DNA of 64,000 nucleotides, from contig JBGCEW010000012.1 of assembly GCA_045106595.1 (NCBI GenBank), positions 220,113 to 284,112 of the forward strand, read 5' to 3'. The notes below the pieces were generated by a model. It was not told the DNA's origin and did not search any database. It saw only the letters and a program-made list of their open reading frames with translations. Numbering within the stretch: the first letter of the stretch is position 1; each line of letters opens with the position of its first letter. Source of the DNA: Roseovarius sp. GTDB lineage: Bacteria > Pseudomonadota > Alphaproteobacteria > Rhodobacterales > Rhodobacteraceae. The position numbers and the translations under genes are program-made. This document shows, piece after piece, positions 1-10,297 of the stretch.

Positions 1-1
1 C

Positions 2-139
2 AAGATCGGCGATCATGTGCTTCTGGCGCCACCATTTATCGCAACCGAGGACGATCTGGATGGGGCAGTGGCAATGCTGGACCGGGCGATTGGGGCAGTT
101 TTGGCCGATACACCCGCGGACACACCCACAGACGCATAA
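2..139 (+). CDS. 3' end of class-III PLP aminotransferase (partial, begins before window)
   Basis: Frame from nt 2 reads KIGDHVLLAPPFIATEDDLDGAVAMLDRAIG...stop; D-H-V-L-L-A-P-P-F-I is typical of class-III aminotransferase C-termini. Confidence 0.7.
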   Translation, partial: KIGDHVLLAPPFIATEDDLDGAVAMLDRAIGAVLADTPADTPTDA

Positions 140-164
140 CGCCCAAGGCGGATAATGCGCGGGC

Positions 165-1277
165 TCAGTTGTCTTCACCCAGTTTTGGAGAAGGGCGCGA
201 TAGTGTCAGCTCGGCATCTGAAAACCTGAAAGGTGCACGCACGCCGGGGATACCATCCAGATCTAACTGCAGGCCGCGTGCCTTGACCTGCGGGTCGTCA
301 AACACCTCGGCCATATCATTGATCGGTCCTGCGGGCACACCGTGGTCTTCGCATGCAGTCAGCAAGTCGGATTTGGTAAACCTGCGTGTATAAGCGTGCA
401 ACGCATCCGATAGTTCCTGTTGACGCGAAACACGCTCGGCATTTGTGGCATACCGTGGATCATCGCCCAGCTCGGGACACCCCAATAAGGTGCAGAACCT
501 TTGGTATTGACCATCATTGCCCACTGCGATGATCAAAAACCCATTCGAGCAGTCAAACACCTGATACGGGCTAAGATTGGGATGAAAATTTCCCAACCTG
601 CCGGGGGTCTGGCCAGTGGACAGATAGTTCATGGATTGGTTCGCGGTGACGGCAACAGCCACATCCAACAAGGCCATGTCAATGTGCTGGCCCTTGCCCG
701 TGGCATGGCGCTGATGCACAGCCGCAAGGATGGCCGTGGTGGCATAGACGCCGGTAAAGACGTCTGTGATGGCCACGCCAACCTTCAGGGGCTGGCGATC
801 AGCCTCGCCCGTGATGGACATCAGACCAGACATCCCTTGTATGATATAATCATAGCCTGCGCGGTGCGCATAGGGGCCGTCTTGGCCAAACCCTGTGATT
901 GAACAGTAGATCAGTCCCGGATTGATCTGGGCCAGACTATCATAATCGAGGCCGTATTTGGCCAGGCCGCCAACCTTGAAGTTCTCGATCACCACATCTG
1001 CGCTACGGATCAGGTCGCGAACCTGTGCCTGGCCTTCGTCAGTGCGAAAATCACAGGTGATCGAGGCTTTGCCCCGGTTGCACCCATGAAAGTACGCCGC
1101 TGTGGTGTCGCCTTCGCGCTCAATAAACGGAGGGCCCCACTTACGGGTGTCATCGCCTTCGGGGCTTTCGATCTTGATCACTTCGGCGCCCAGATCAGCC
1201 AAGGTCTGACCAGCCCAGGGGCCCGCCAGAATACGTGCCAGTTCGATAACCTTCAGACCATCAAGAGGAGCGGCCAT
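165..1277 (-). CDS. CaiB/BaiF family (class III) CoA-transferase
   Basis: LDGLKVIELARILAGPWAGQTLADLGAEVIKIESPEGDDTR, NRGKASI, ENFKVG, conserved Asp in AITDVFTG. Confidence 0.92.
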   Translation of the reverse strand: MAAPLDGLKVIELARILAGPWAGQTLADLGAEVIKIESPEGDDTRKWGPPFIEREGDTTAAYFHGCNRGKASITCDFRTDEGQAQVRDLIRSADVVIENFKVGGLAKYGLDYDSLAQINPGLIYCSITGFGQDGPYAHRAGYDYIIQGMSGLMSITGEADRQPLKVGVAITDVFTGVYATTAILAAVHQRHATGKGQHIDMALLDVAVAVTANQSMNYLSTGQTPGRLGNFHPNLSPYQVFDCSNGFLIIAVGNDGQYQRFCTLLGCPELGDDPRYATNAERVSRQQELSDALHAYTRRFTKSDLLTACEDHGVPAGPINDMAEVFDDPQVKARGLQLDLDGIPGVRAPFRFSDAELTLSRPSPKLGEDN

Positions 1278-1951
1278 TACTTGGCAAGTTCTTCGTCGAT
1301 CAGAGCTTTCAGTTCGTCATAGGCCATATTGTTGTAGGACGTGCCGTTGATCACCAAAGTGGGCGTTGACCGAATACCGTCAGCTTCGGCATTCTGTTGA
1401 TACCACGCCACCAGCGCCTTGGCTTTGTCGTTGTCATTCAGACAGGCCTCAAGTTGATCCGAGCCAAGCCCGGCCACCTTACCAATGGTGCGCAGGCGAT
1501 CAGCAATCGCGACGGGGTCTTGGCCGTCTCCGATCCAGTCGCGTTGCTGTTCATAAATCATATCGGCAATGCCAAAAAACCGGTCCTGACCACCGCATCG
1601 CGCCACCATCGAGGCCCAAAGCCCGTAGCGATCAAAGAACACATCACGATACACAAAGTTGATCTGATTGGTGTCGATATAGTCGGCCTTCAGCTCTTTG
1701 AACTGGCCCTCGTGGAACCGCGCGCAATGCGGACAGGTGAACGACGCATATTCCGTCACTGTGACCTTTGCATCCGGGTTGCCCATGCTCATTTCCTGAA
1801 CAATCGAGATGTCTACATCGGACGCTTCCTGCGCATTGGCCGCACCTGCGGGAAATTCAGCCAAAGGCGTGGAACCGCCACGGGTTTGCCAAAGGGTAAT
1901 GCCAGCAACGATAGCCAGTCCTACGGCTCCGATCAGGATCAGTCTTTTCAT
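1277..1951 (-). CDS. DsbA family thiol-disulfide oxidoreductase, membrane-anchored
   Basis: EYASFTCPHCARFH (CxxC), GIRSTPTLVING cis-Pro motif, N-terminal hydrophobic anchor. Confidence 0.92.
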   Translation of the reverse strand: MKRLILIGAVGLAIVAGITLWQTRGGSTPLAEFPAGAANAQEASDVDISIVQEMSMGNPDAKVTVTEYASFTCPHCARFHEGQFKELKADYIDTNQINFVYRDVFFDRYGLWASMVARCGGQDRFFGIADMIYEQQRDWIGDGQDPVAIADRLRTIGKVAGLGSDQLEACLNDNDKAKALVAWYQQNAEADGIRSTPTLVINGTSYNNMAYDELKALIDEELAK

Positions 1952-1969
1952 GGTGTAGCCTCTTTCAGA

Positions 1970-2467
1970 TCAGCGTTTGGATTTGGATAATACATTTCGG
2001 CCCAGTGTCTCAAGGGCATCGCGCAAGCTGCCGTCAGACACGGGTGCTGCAAGACGCGCAGCATCGGCACACAAGGCAGGGTCAGGTTGCTGGGCCTGGG
2101 CCGGTTTAGCACGGTGCTGGAAACTGGCCTTGCCCTCAGAGAACCCGGTGGGTGCGGTCTGTGTCAGGCGAATGCGCGATATCGCATTATAGCCGTAAAC
2201 CGAATTGACCCGCTCGCGCAGTGCTTCTTTCTGCATTTCCAGCATGGGTGCCTGCGCGCCAGTGGTCAGCACGGTCAGTGTCGCGCCAAAACCCTGTCGG
2301 CCATAAGACACATCCACGGGTCGCGCGATCGCCGCCATATCCGGACCAATGATTTCTTCCCATTGGGTCAGAAGGCGCGACTCGGCAAAGCCCCGGGTTT
2401 CCGATGCACGTCGGATCCGGTCTTTAAGCAACTGTGACGTGCGCTTGAACCCGCGCGATTTGGCCAT
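1970..2467 (-). CDS. DUF721 / DciA-family protein
   Basis: LLTQWEEIIG...A.LEMQ...LRERVN..YGY.AISRIRLTQ pattern; usual position between dsbA and mutY in alphaproteobacteria. Confidence 0.8.
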   Translation of the reverse strand: MAKSRGFKRTSQLLKDRIRRASETRGFAESRLLTQWEEIIGPDMAAIARPVDVSYGRQGFGATLTVLTTGAQAPMLEMQKEALRERVNSVYGYNAISRIRLTQTAPTGFSEGKASFQHRAKPAQAQQPDPALCADAARLAAPVSDGSLRDALETLGRNVLSKSKR

Positions 2468-2558
2468 GGCTTGGTCCCTGTTGTTATTCCCCTATGTAAG
2501 CTATGTGCCGGGGCATGCCAGCCCGAAACCGCAAATTGAACCTAACGAGTGCGTGACC

Positions 2559-3629
2559 ATGACCCCTGATCCTGCCGCCCTATCGGGCAAATTGCTGGCC
2601 TGGTACGATGATCATGCCCGTACAATGCCGTGGCGTGTCAGCCCTCAGGCGCGGGCTGCGGGTGTGGTTCCCGATCCCTATCGCATCTGGCTGAGCGAGG
2701 TGATGTTACAGCAAACCACAGTGGCTGCTGTGACCTCTTACTTTGAACGGTTTACCGCGATCTGGCCCCGCGTCAGTGATCTGGCGGCGGCGGCGGATGC
2801 CGATGTAATGGGCGAATGGGCGGGCCTTGGGTATTACGCGCGCGCACGCAATCTGCTGAAATGCGCGCGCGCCGTTGTCAGCGATCATGGCGGTGTGTTT
2901 CCAGACACCTATGACGAATTGCTGACTTTGCCAGGCATTGGGCCTTACACGGCGGCTGCGATCTCGGCGATTGCATTTGATCGGCCGTCTGTGGTGGTGG
3001 ATGGCAACGTAGAGCGTGTGATGTCGCGTCTACATGCAATCCGAACCCCCTTGCCCGCCGCCAAGCCCGAGCTGACCGAGGCCGCAGCACATCTGACACC
3101 GGCGAAGCGTCCGGGCGATTATGCGCAGGCGGTGATGGATCTGGGGGCAACGATCTGCACTCCGAAATCACCAGCCTGCGGGATTTGCCCCTGGCGTGGC
3201 CCTTGTGTGGCCCAGCGCGAAGGCTTTGCCGCAGATCTGCCGTTCAAGACCCCCAAAAAGCCCAAACCCACGCGGCGCGGCATCGCCTATGTCGCCCAGC
3301 GCACCGATGGCGCATGGTTGCTCGAACGACGCCCCGACAAGGGACTTCTGGGCGGAATGCTGGGATGGCCCGGCGGCCCCTGGGGTGATGAGGCCGAAGA
3401 TCATCCCCCCTTTGAGGCCAATTGGGTAAGCTTGTCCGAGGAAGCGCGTCATACGTTCACGCATTTCCATCTGTTGCTTGAGGTACGCGTCGTGCGTGCA
3501 GGCCATGACGGTGCCATGCAAGGGGCTGATTGGGTCGATGTGCACGCGTTTCGCCCCAGCGATCTGCCCACTGTCATGCGCAAAGTGTTCAACCTTGCCC
3601 GTCCGGCCTTGGATGAAATGCAGGATTGA
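2559..3629 (+). CDS. mutY: A/G-specific adenine glycosylase
   Basis: PYRIWLSEVMLQQT, GLGYYARARNL, HhH LPGIGPYTA, VDGNVERV, 4Fe-4S CTPKSPACGICPWRGPC; start taken at ATG 2559. Confidence 0.95.
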   Translation: MTPDPAALSGKLLAWYDDHARTMPWRVSPQARAAGVVPDPYRIWLSEVMLQQTTVAAVTSYFERFTAIWPRVSDLAAAADADVMGEWAGLGYYARARNLLKCARAVVSDHGGVFPDTYDELLTLPGIGPYTAAAISAIAFDRPSVVVDGNVERVMSRLHAIRTPLPAAKPELTEAAAHLTPAKRPGDYAQAVMDLGATICTPKSPACGICPWRGPCVAQREGFAADLPFKTPKKPKPTRRGIAYVAQRTDGAWLLERRPDKGLLGGMLGWPGGPWGDEAEDHPPFEANWVSLSEEARHTFTHFHLLLEVRVVRAGHDGAMQGADWVDVHAFRPSDLPTVMRKVFNLARPALDEMQD

Positions 3630-3750
3630 TCAACTGAAACGCACCAATTGACGTTGCGACGGTATGGCAATTGACAGATGAAGCACCCACATAGTTGGTG
3701 TACTATATGACCCTGAAAATGGTCCTCGACCGCGCCGGAGCACGTATCCC

Positions 3751-4890
3751 ATGACTGCACAATCACCCCCCACATATTCCGCGGTGGCCCACGCGTTGCC
3801 ATTCTGGATGTCACTGTTGCTGGTCCCTGTTGCGATCTACGCCGCAACTGCGGGGGGATGGGCCTTGTTGCTGGTGCCTGTGCTGACCTGGTATTTGTTC
3901 ACTGCCTTGGACGCTGTTTTGGGCTTGGCGACCGATAATGCCGATCCTGACACCCAGGATGCAAAACTGCGCTGGCACAAGGCCATCACCATCATCTGGG
4001 CGCCCGTGCAGTTTGGTCTGATTTATTGGTCCATCTGGTACGCCACAAGCACTGATCACCTGTCTGGCTTTGAAATGGTGCTGCTGTTTTTCGGCGTTGG
4101 TGTTCTAAGCGGCACCATTGGCATCAACTTCAGCCACGAATTGATGCACCAAAAAGCCAAGGGCGAGCGCTTCTTGGGTGACGCCTTGCTGGCGATGGTG
4201 CTATATTCCCATTTTCGATCGGAACACCTGTTGGTGCACCACCGCTATGTGGGCACGCCGCGTGATCCGGTCACCGCGCGCTATAACGAAGGCTTCCACC
4301 GCTATTTTCCGCGTGTCGTCAAAGCCTGCTATCAATCCGCATTCAAGGCCGAAGCCGCAATGCTGGCGCGCAAAGACAAGCTCTGGACAGACCTGAGCAA
4401 TCCATTTTGGCGCTACTGGGGCCTGCAAGCGTACTTTGTGCTCCTGGCGGTTCTGATCGGTGGCTGGGTGGGGCTGCTATTGTTTCTCTGGCAGGCCTTC
4501 ATCGCCATCTGGCAACTGGAATTGGTCAATTACATCGAACACTACGGGCTGACCCGCAAACACCTGGGCGACGGCAAGTATGAACATGTGCTGCCACGCC
4601 ATAGCTGGAATGCGGCACAGAAGGCTTCAAACTGGTTGCTGATCAATCTGCAACGGCATTCTGATCACCACTACAAACCGTCGCGCCGGTTTCCCTTGCT
4701 GCAAAACTATACCAGCGCAGATGCGCCTCAGCTTCCCCATGGTTATCCGCTGATGACAATGGTGGCGATGGTGCCGCCCTTGTGGAAACGTGTGATGAAC
4801 CCGCGTGTGCGACAGTGGCGTCAGATGTACTATCCTGAAATCAGCGATTGGAAGCCGTACAACAAGGCGCTGAACCCACAGCCGCGTTAA
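3751..4890 (+). CDS. alkB: alkane 1-monooxygenase (membrane di-iron hydroxylase)
   Basis: His boxes HELMH, EHLLVHH, NYIEHYGL, LQRHSDHH; several TM helices. Confidence 0.9.
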   Translation: MTAQSPPTYSAVAHALPFWMSLLLVPVAIYAATAGGWALLLVPVLTWYLFTALDAVLGLATDNADPDTQDAKLRWHKAITIIWAPVQFGLIYWSIWYATSTDHLSGFEMVLLFFGVGVLSGTIGINFSHELMHQKAKGERFLGDALLAMVLYSHFRSEHLLVHHRYVGTPRDPVTARYNEGFHRYFPRVVKACYQSAFKAEAAMLARKDKLWTDLSNPFWRYWGLQAYFVLLAVLIGGWVGLLLFLWQAFIAIWQLELVNYIEHYGLTRKHLGDGKYEHVLPRHSWNAAQKASNWLLINLQRHSDHHYKPSRRFPLLQNYTSADAPQLPHGYPLMTMVAMVPPLWKRVMNPRVRQWRQMYYPEISDWKPYNKALNPQPR

Positions 4891-4899
4891 TCAACCCCG

Positions 4900-5922
4900 T
4901 TAAGGCCGACGCAACGTATCCCCAAAGCTGATCATCGGTTCTAACGCGACGCGTTGCGGGGTGTCTGTCTCGCCATTCACCCGGTCCGAGACAATCTCGG
5001 CCGCCTTGCGCCCGATTTCCAGGCGACAGGCATCCATTGTGGCCAGTTGTTTGGGCAGACCTTTCAGCAGGTTAACCCCATTAAACCCAGCCAGGCCAAT
5101 GTCGTTTGGAATGTCCACGCCCTGCTCAAGAAGATACAGCAATCCTCCTGCTCCGATCAGATCGTTTGAATTGTAGATAAAATCAATCTCGGGCTCGCGC
5201 TCCAACAAGGCTTGCGTCATCTCACGCCCCTTGGCCAAGGCAGATCCACCCGAATAAAATTCCTGATCGGCAATCTCAACGCCATTTTTGGCCAGCGTTT
5301 CGGTGAAGCCTTCAAACCGTTTGCGTGCGCGATGATCCAGCGCCATCTTGGTGCCCAGAAACCCGATTTTCTGATAACCGCCTTTCAGGATCGCCTCGGC
5401 CATTTTCTGACCCGCGCGACGGTGTGAAATGCCCACAACACTGTCAACAGGCGTGCCATCGGTATCCATGATCTCAACCACCGGAATACCGGATGCGCGC
5501 AGCATGGCACGAGATGAATCTGTATGTTCCAGCCCGGCAATGATCACACCAGACGGACGCCACGACAACATCTCATACAGAACCTTTTCTTCCTTTTCAG
5601 GAAGATACCCGGTGACGCCTACAACAGGTTGCAGTTCGGTCTCCTCCAACACCTGCGTGATACCTGTCATCACTTCGGGGAACACCATGTTGGACATCGA
5701 CGGAATGATCACCGCCACCAGATTCACCCGGCTCGAGGCCAGCGCGCCTGCGATCTTGTTGGGCACATAGCCCAGCTTTTTGGCCGTCTCCAGCACACGC
5801 TTGCGGGTGTCATCTGACACATCCCCGCGATTGCGCAGCACTCGACTGACTGTCATTTCCGACACACCCGAGGCTTCGGACACGTCTCGCAATGTAAGCG
5901 GGCGTTGGTTTTGAGTGGTCAC
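4900..5922 (-). CDS. LacI family transcriptional regulator
   Basis: TLRDVSEASGVSEMTVSRVLRN...LGYVPN HTH plus periplasmic-binding-fold domain; GTG start at 5922 chosen. Confidence 0.92.
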   Translation of the reverse strand: MTTQNQRPLTLRDVSEASGVSEMTVSRVLRNRGDVSDDTRKRVLETAKKLGYVPNKIAGALASSRVNLVAVIIPSMSNMVFPEVMTGITQVLEETELQPVVGVTGYLPEKEEKVLYEMLSWRPSGVIIAGLEHTDSSRAMLRASGIPVVEIMDTDGTPVDSVVGISHRRAGQKMAEAILKGGYQKIGFLGTKMALDHRARKRFEGFTETLAKNGVEIADQEFYSGGSALAKGREMTQALLEREPEIDFIYNSNDLIGAGGLLYLLEQGVDIPNDIGLAGFNGVNLLKGLPKQLATMDACRLEIGRKAAEIVSDRVNGETDTPQRVALEPMISFGDTLRRP

Positions 5923-6061
5923 GATGTGTCTGATCCTTGCCGCTGTGTCGGGCGATGTTACCGCAATCAATCCCCCCGGCGCAATGGGGTGTAACTTGAC
6001 GTTCCTGACCTCGGCTTTGCGGCTGACAATTCCCACGGAACACGCTATCCCTTGAACCATC

Positions 6062-6138
6062 GGCCCCGTGGCTCAACTGGATAGAGCAGCCCCCTCCTAA
6101 GGGGCAGGTTGCAGGTTCGAATCCTGCCGGGGTCGCCA
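6062..6138 (+). tRNA. tRNA-Arg (anticodon CCT)
   Basis: GGCCCCG acceptor, D-arm GCTCAACTGGATAGAGC, anticodon arm GCCCC-CTCCTAA-GGGGC, GGTTCGAATCC, encoded CCA. Confidence 0.96.
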
Positions 6139-6207
6139 AAACTGCCGAAAAATATAGCCTAGTTACAGGGCTTTGTGCAGTTCGGGCCCTTCACATCAGC
6201 GGATGGG

Positions 6208-7719
6208 TCATGAAAACACGGTCTTGTAGGTGTCACGCAGGATGTTCTTCTGGACCTTGCCCATCGTGTTACGGGGCAATTCGTTCACCACAATCAGCTG
6301 GCGCGGATGTTTGAACCGGGCGAGCCCCTTGTGGACCTCTTGCAGCACCGCATCCAGATCGGGGGTTTCACCTTTTTCGGCGACAACGATGCCCAGAACA
6401 GTCTCTCCAAAATCCGCGTGGGGCACACCAATCACAGCACTCTCCAGAACGCCAGGTTGATCGTCCAGCAACAGCTCGATCTCTTTGGGGTAGATGTTGT
6501 ACCCACCCGAGATAATCAGGTCCTTGTTGCGCCCGACAATATGCACATAGCCGTCCTCATCGATCCGGCCCAGATCACCAGTGATGAAAAACCCATCTTC
6601 GCGCAGCTCGGCGGCGGTTTTTTCGGGCATTTGCCAGTAGCCTTTGAACACATTTGGACCACGCACCTCAATCTGGCCAACGTCTCCGTTGGGCAAGGGT
6701 GCGCCATCTTCGGGGTTGGTGATTTTCAACTCAACATCCGGCAGCGCAAACCCAACCGTTCCGGCGCGACGTTCGCCGTCATAAGGGTTTGACGTGTTCA
6801 TATTGGTCTCGGTCATGCCGTATCGCTCCAGAATACGGTGGCCGGTGCGGGCCTCAAATTGAATATGGGTTTCGGCCAGCAGCGGCGCAGAACCAGACAC
6901 GAAAAGCCGCATATGTGCGGTCAGCTCTTGGGTGAAGCGCACGTCTTCCAGCAGGCGGGTGTAGAATGTGGGCACCCCCATCATGGCAGTGGCCTGAGGC
7001 ATCTGGGCAATCATCGCGTCCAGATCAAATTTCGGCAGAAAGATCATGCTGCCGCCCGTGATCAACGCGATATTCGTCGCCACGAACAGCCCATGGGTGT
7101 GAAAGATCGGCAAAGCATGCAACAACACATCATCTGCGGTGAAACGCCATTCGCGTGCCAGTGTTTGGGCGTTGGACAGCAGGTTTTCATGTGTCAGCAT
7201 CGCACCTTTTGAACGCCCTGTCGTGCCCGAGGTATATAGAAACGCCGCCAGATCATCCGCCGCACGACCAACCGTTTCAAAGGTGTCAGCCGCCGTCGCC
7301 GCCTGTTGCATCAAACTACCAGTGCCATCTGCGTTCAGCGTTTCCAGTCGCGCTCCCAGTGTTTGGGCAATGGGGGCTAACATGTCGTGCTGGGCCGCAT
7401 CACAAATGATCAGCGACGCACCACTGTTTTCAATGAAATACGAAAGTTCGGTTGCGGTATAGGCCGTGTTCAGGGGTAAAAACACCAATCCCGCTTGCGC
7501 GCAGCCTGCATAAAGCGCCAGAGCCTCGGGGGATTTGTGCACCTGTGCGGCCACACGATCCCCGGTGCGCAGGCCCATCTGCGACATGGCGTTTGCAATC
7601 TGAGCACCCACCCCGAGAAAGGTTTTGTGCGTGATGGGATTCCTGCCTGGCACATGCAAAAACGGAGTGTCTTGCCCGGCATGCACCCCGAACAACCCAT
7701 CATATAGCACGTTTGCCAT
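6208..7719 (-). CDS. matB: malonyl-CoA synthetase
   Basis: AMP-binding YTSGTTGRSKG, LPIFHTHGLF, ERYGMTET, FFITGDLG, PRNTMGKVQK; beside malonyl-CoA decarboxylase. Confidence 0.9.
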   Translation of the reverse strand: MANVLYDGLFGVHAGQDTPFLHVPGRNPITHKTFLGVGAQIANAMSQMGLRTGDRVAAQVHKSPEALALYAGCAQAGLVFLPLNTAYTATELSYFIENSGASLIICDAAQHDMLAPIAQTLGARLETLNADGTGSLMQQAATAADTFETVGRAADDLAAFLYTSGTTGRSKGAMLTHENLLSNAQTLAREWRFTADDVLLHALPIFHTHGLFVATNIALITGGSMIFLPKFDLDAMIAQMPQATAMMGVPTFYTRLLEDVRFTQELTAHMRLFVSGSAPLLAETHIQFEARTGHRILERYGMTETNMNTSNPYDGERRAGTVGFALPDVELKITNPEDGAPLPNGDVGQIEVRGPNVFKGYWQMPEKTAAELREDGFFITGDLGRIDEDGYVHIVGRNKDLIISGGYNIYPKEIELLLDDQPGVLESAVIGVPHADFGETVLGIVVAEKGETPDLDAVLQEVHKGLARFKHPRQLIVVNELPRNTMGKVQKNILRDTYKTVFS

Positions 7720-7723
7720 GGTG

Positions 7724-8980
7724 TTACCCCTTGTGGTTTTCAGGCAGCTTTGCTGCGGTGGCCAATTGCACTATCCCGGCGCTTGCGGCCACTTGTTGTG
7801 TGTTGGCAAACGCCTCGTGATTGCGCTCGATCTGCGCCAGATCATAAAGATAGTTCACCATCGCCCCCGCTGATTGGGCCTGCCCTTTGTCAGACGTATC
7901 CGCATCAGCGTGCACCGCGTGCAACAACGCCCCGTTGCCCAGGTGAAAGCGCGCAACCGGATCATCCGGCAGCCCATTGCGGGACTTGGCATGCATCAGG
8001 TAATGCGCGGCCACTTCTTTTATCTGATCGTGGTAATCGGCTTTGTCCGCCATATCCATTTCGCACAGCCAGGCCATCAAGCCGGGAATCGGGGACAGGG
8101 TTACAAATGTACCCAACCCCGGCAGTTCCGTCGACAGATCTGAGGCCACCTGTTTGATCAGTGAATTCCCAAACGAGATACTTGCCAGCCCCGCCTGACA
8201 GTTCGAAATGGAATAAAAAACGGCCGTATCCGCCTGTACCGCGGGTAAAATCGCACGGTCTTGGGCCAGCACGGTTTGCACCGATGTTGGGATGCCCACG
8301 CTCAGCGCGACCTCGACAAAAATCAGCGGCTCGTCCGGCATGGCGGGGTGGAAAAACGCAAAGCAGCGCCGATCCGTGGGTTCCAACCTGCGGCGCAGTT
8401 CATCCCAGCTGTCGATGGCGTGCACGGCCTCATAGGCGATGATCTTTTCCAGAATATGCGCCGGGCTTTCCCAATTGATGGGTCGCAACACCAGAAAACC
8501 GCGATTGAACCAGCTGGACAGCAGGTGTCTGAAATCCAGATCGAGTGCCGCCAGTTCAGGCTCGTCACGCCCAAGGCGCAGCAGATCGGCACGCATCTTC
8601 ACCAACGCACCGGTTGCGCCGGGCAGACGGTTCAGCCGCCGGATCAGCTCTTGGCGCGGTGGTTCGGCGGCGGCGGCAAAGGCGCGGTAGCTGGCTTTGG
8701 CCGGCATACGTTCATAATTGTCCAAGGTGGTGCGCACGGCTTCGGGGTCGATGTTCATTGCATTGGCGAGATAGCGAAAGAACTCCAGTTTTTCGGCATC
8801 CTCCATCGCCGCAAACCGGGTCAAGATTTCATCTGCCAAAGCCAACCCAGACGTCTCACCAGCGGACCCGATCAATGCATCGGCCAACTCCGTCAGCGGG
8901 CGGCCATCTTCGGCCTCGGGTGCATCGCGCCTGTGACGGCGTTCAAACACAGTCGAGAGAAGATCGGCCAGCAAGGTCAT
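7724..8980 (-). CDS. matA: malonyl-CoA decarboxylase (MLYCD type)
   Basis: LLSSWFNRGFL, EKIIAYEAVH, AVFYSISNCQ, FGNSLIKQV, TLSPIPG, DPVARFHLGNGA, MVNYLY. Confidence 0.92.
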   Translation of the reverse strand: MTLLADLLSTVFERRHRRDAPEAEDGRPLTELADALIGSAGETSGLALADEILTRFAAMEDAEKLEFFRYLANAMNIDPEAVRTTLDNYERMPAKASYRAFAAAAEPPRQELIRRLNRLPGATGALVKMRADLLRLGRDEPELAALDLDFRHLLSSWFNRGFLVLRPINWESPAHILEKIIAYEAVHAIDSWDELRRRLEPTDRRCFAFFHPAMPDEPLIFVEVALSVGIPTSVQTVLAQDRAILPAVQADTAVFYSISNCQAGLASISFGNSLIKQVASDLSTELPGLGTFVTLSPIPGLMAWLCEMDMADKADYHDQIKEVAAHYLMHAKSRNGLPDDPVARFHLGNGALLHAVHADADTSDKGQAQSAGAMVNYLYDLAQIERNHEAFANTQQVAASAGIVQLATAAKLPENHKG

Positions 8981-10293
8981 ACCCGTGCGCCCATCACCAT
9001 ATCAGGCAGCCACGTGGCAAGGCCCGGAAACAGGCACAGCAAAACAATAGCGATGATCATACAGGCCACGAACGGCAGCGATCCCATCAAAATGGTGCGC
9101 AGCGAGATATCCGGTGCGATGCCGTTGATCACATAGAGGTTCAGGCCAACGGGCGGTGAAATCAGACCGATTTCCATGTTGATCGTCAGAACCACGGCAA
9201 ACCAAATGGGATCAAACCCGGCGGTTGTGATGATGGGCAGCAGAATGGGCGCCGCCATCAGGATCACGGCAACCGGGGGCAGGAAGAAACCTGCGATGAT
9301 CAGGAACACATTGACCACACCCATCAGCACCCAGCGGTTCACATCCAGCGTGCCGATCCATTCGGCAATGGACTGCGTGATAAAGAGCGAGCTAAGCATG
9401 TAGGAAAACACACCTGCCGCCGCGATGATGAACAAGATCATCACGCTTTCCTTGGTGCTATCGCGCAATACCAACCAAAGGTCTTTGGGGTTCCACAGTT
9501 TGTAGATGATCATGGCGATCAACAGGCACATCAACGCACCCACAGCTGCGGTTTCTGACGGGGTCGCGATACCACCGTACATCGCATAGAGCACGCCGAT
9601 GATGATCAGGATAAATGGCACCACGCGGGGCAGGATTTCGAACTTTTCGGCCCAGGTATAGCTGCCCGAGCTTAGCAAAGACGCATCGCCGGACTTCCAG
9701 GTAGAATAGAGCGACCACGCCATGAACAAACCCACCAGCATGATACCAGGGATCACGCCTGCCAGAAACAGCCGCCCAATCGAGGTTTCCGTGGCGATGC
9801 CGTAGACGATCATTGTCACCGAAGGCGGGATCAGGATGCCCAATGTACCACCTGCCGCGATGGATCCGGCGGCCACACCGTCAGGATAGCCGCGCTTGCG
9901 CATTTCAGGGATGCCCATTTTGCCAATGGCGGCACAGGTGGCAGGGGATGACCCGGACATCGCCGCGAACAAGGCACAAGCGCCCAGATTTGACACAACC
10001 AATCCGCCAGGCACGCGGGTCAGCCAGCGCTCCAATGCCTCGTATAGATCAGCGCCTGCGCGGGTTGACGCAATCGAGGCCCCCATGATGATAAACATAG
10101 GGATCGACAACAGCGCAAAGTTATCCAGCTTGCCGAACAGGATTTCCGGCATCAACTCCAGCGACCGGGGCCCATCGAATACGATCAGGAACCCGGCCGA
10201 GACGATCAGCAGGCCAATGGCGACCGACACGCCCGAGAAAAGAACAAGAATGGTGGCAATGGCAACAACAGCGCCAAGAAGCAGCGGATCCAT
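8977..10293 (-). CDS. TRAP transporter large permease DctM (malonate, MatM-like)
   Basis: LLSIPMFIIMG, MSGSSPA, AAGGTLGILIPPS, GLISPPVGLNL; start MDPLLL at 10293. Confidence 0.93.
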   Translation of the reverse strand: MDPLLLGAVVAIATILVLFSGVSVAIGLLIVSAGFLIVFDGPRSLELMPEILFGKLDNFALLSIPMFIIMGASIASTRAGADLYEALERWLTRVPGGLVVSNLGACALFAAMSGSSPATCAAIGKMGIPEMRKRGYPDGVAAGSIAAGGTLGILIPPSVTMIVYGIATETSIGRLFLAGVIPGIMLVGLFMAWSLYSTWKSGDASLLSSGSYTWAEKFEILPRVVPFILIIIGVLYAMYGGIATPSETAAVGALMCLLIAMIIYKLWNPKDLWLVLRDSTKESVMILFIIAAAGVFSYMLSSLFITQSIAEWIGTLDVNRWVLMGVVNVFLIIAGFFLPPVAVILMAAPILLPIITTAGFDPIWFAVVLTINMEIGLISPPVGLNLYVINGIAPDISLRTILMGSLPFVACMIIAIVLLCLFPGLATWLPDMVMGARV

Positions 10294-10297
10294 GGCC

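Noticed and set aside
5810-6139. 109-aa ORF MATPAGFEPATCPLGG
   Set aside because: Translation of the tRNA-Arg antisense strand
6139-6207. Prophage or integrative element at tRNA-Arg/tRNA-Lys
   Set aside because: No integrase, phage genes or duplicated tRNA 3' end seen
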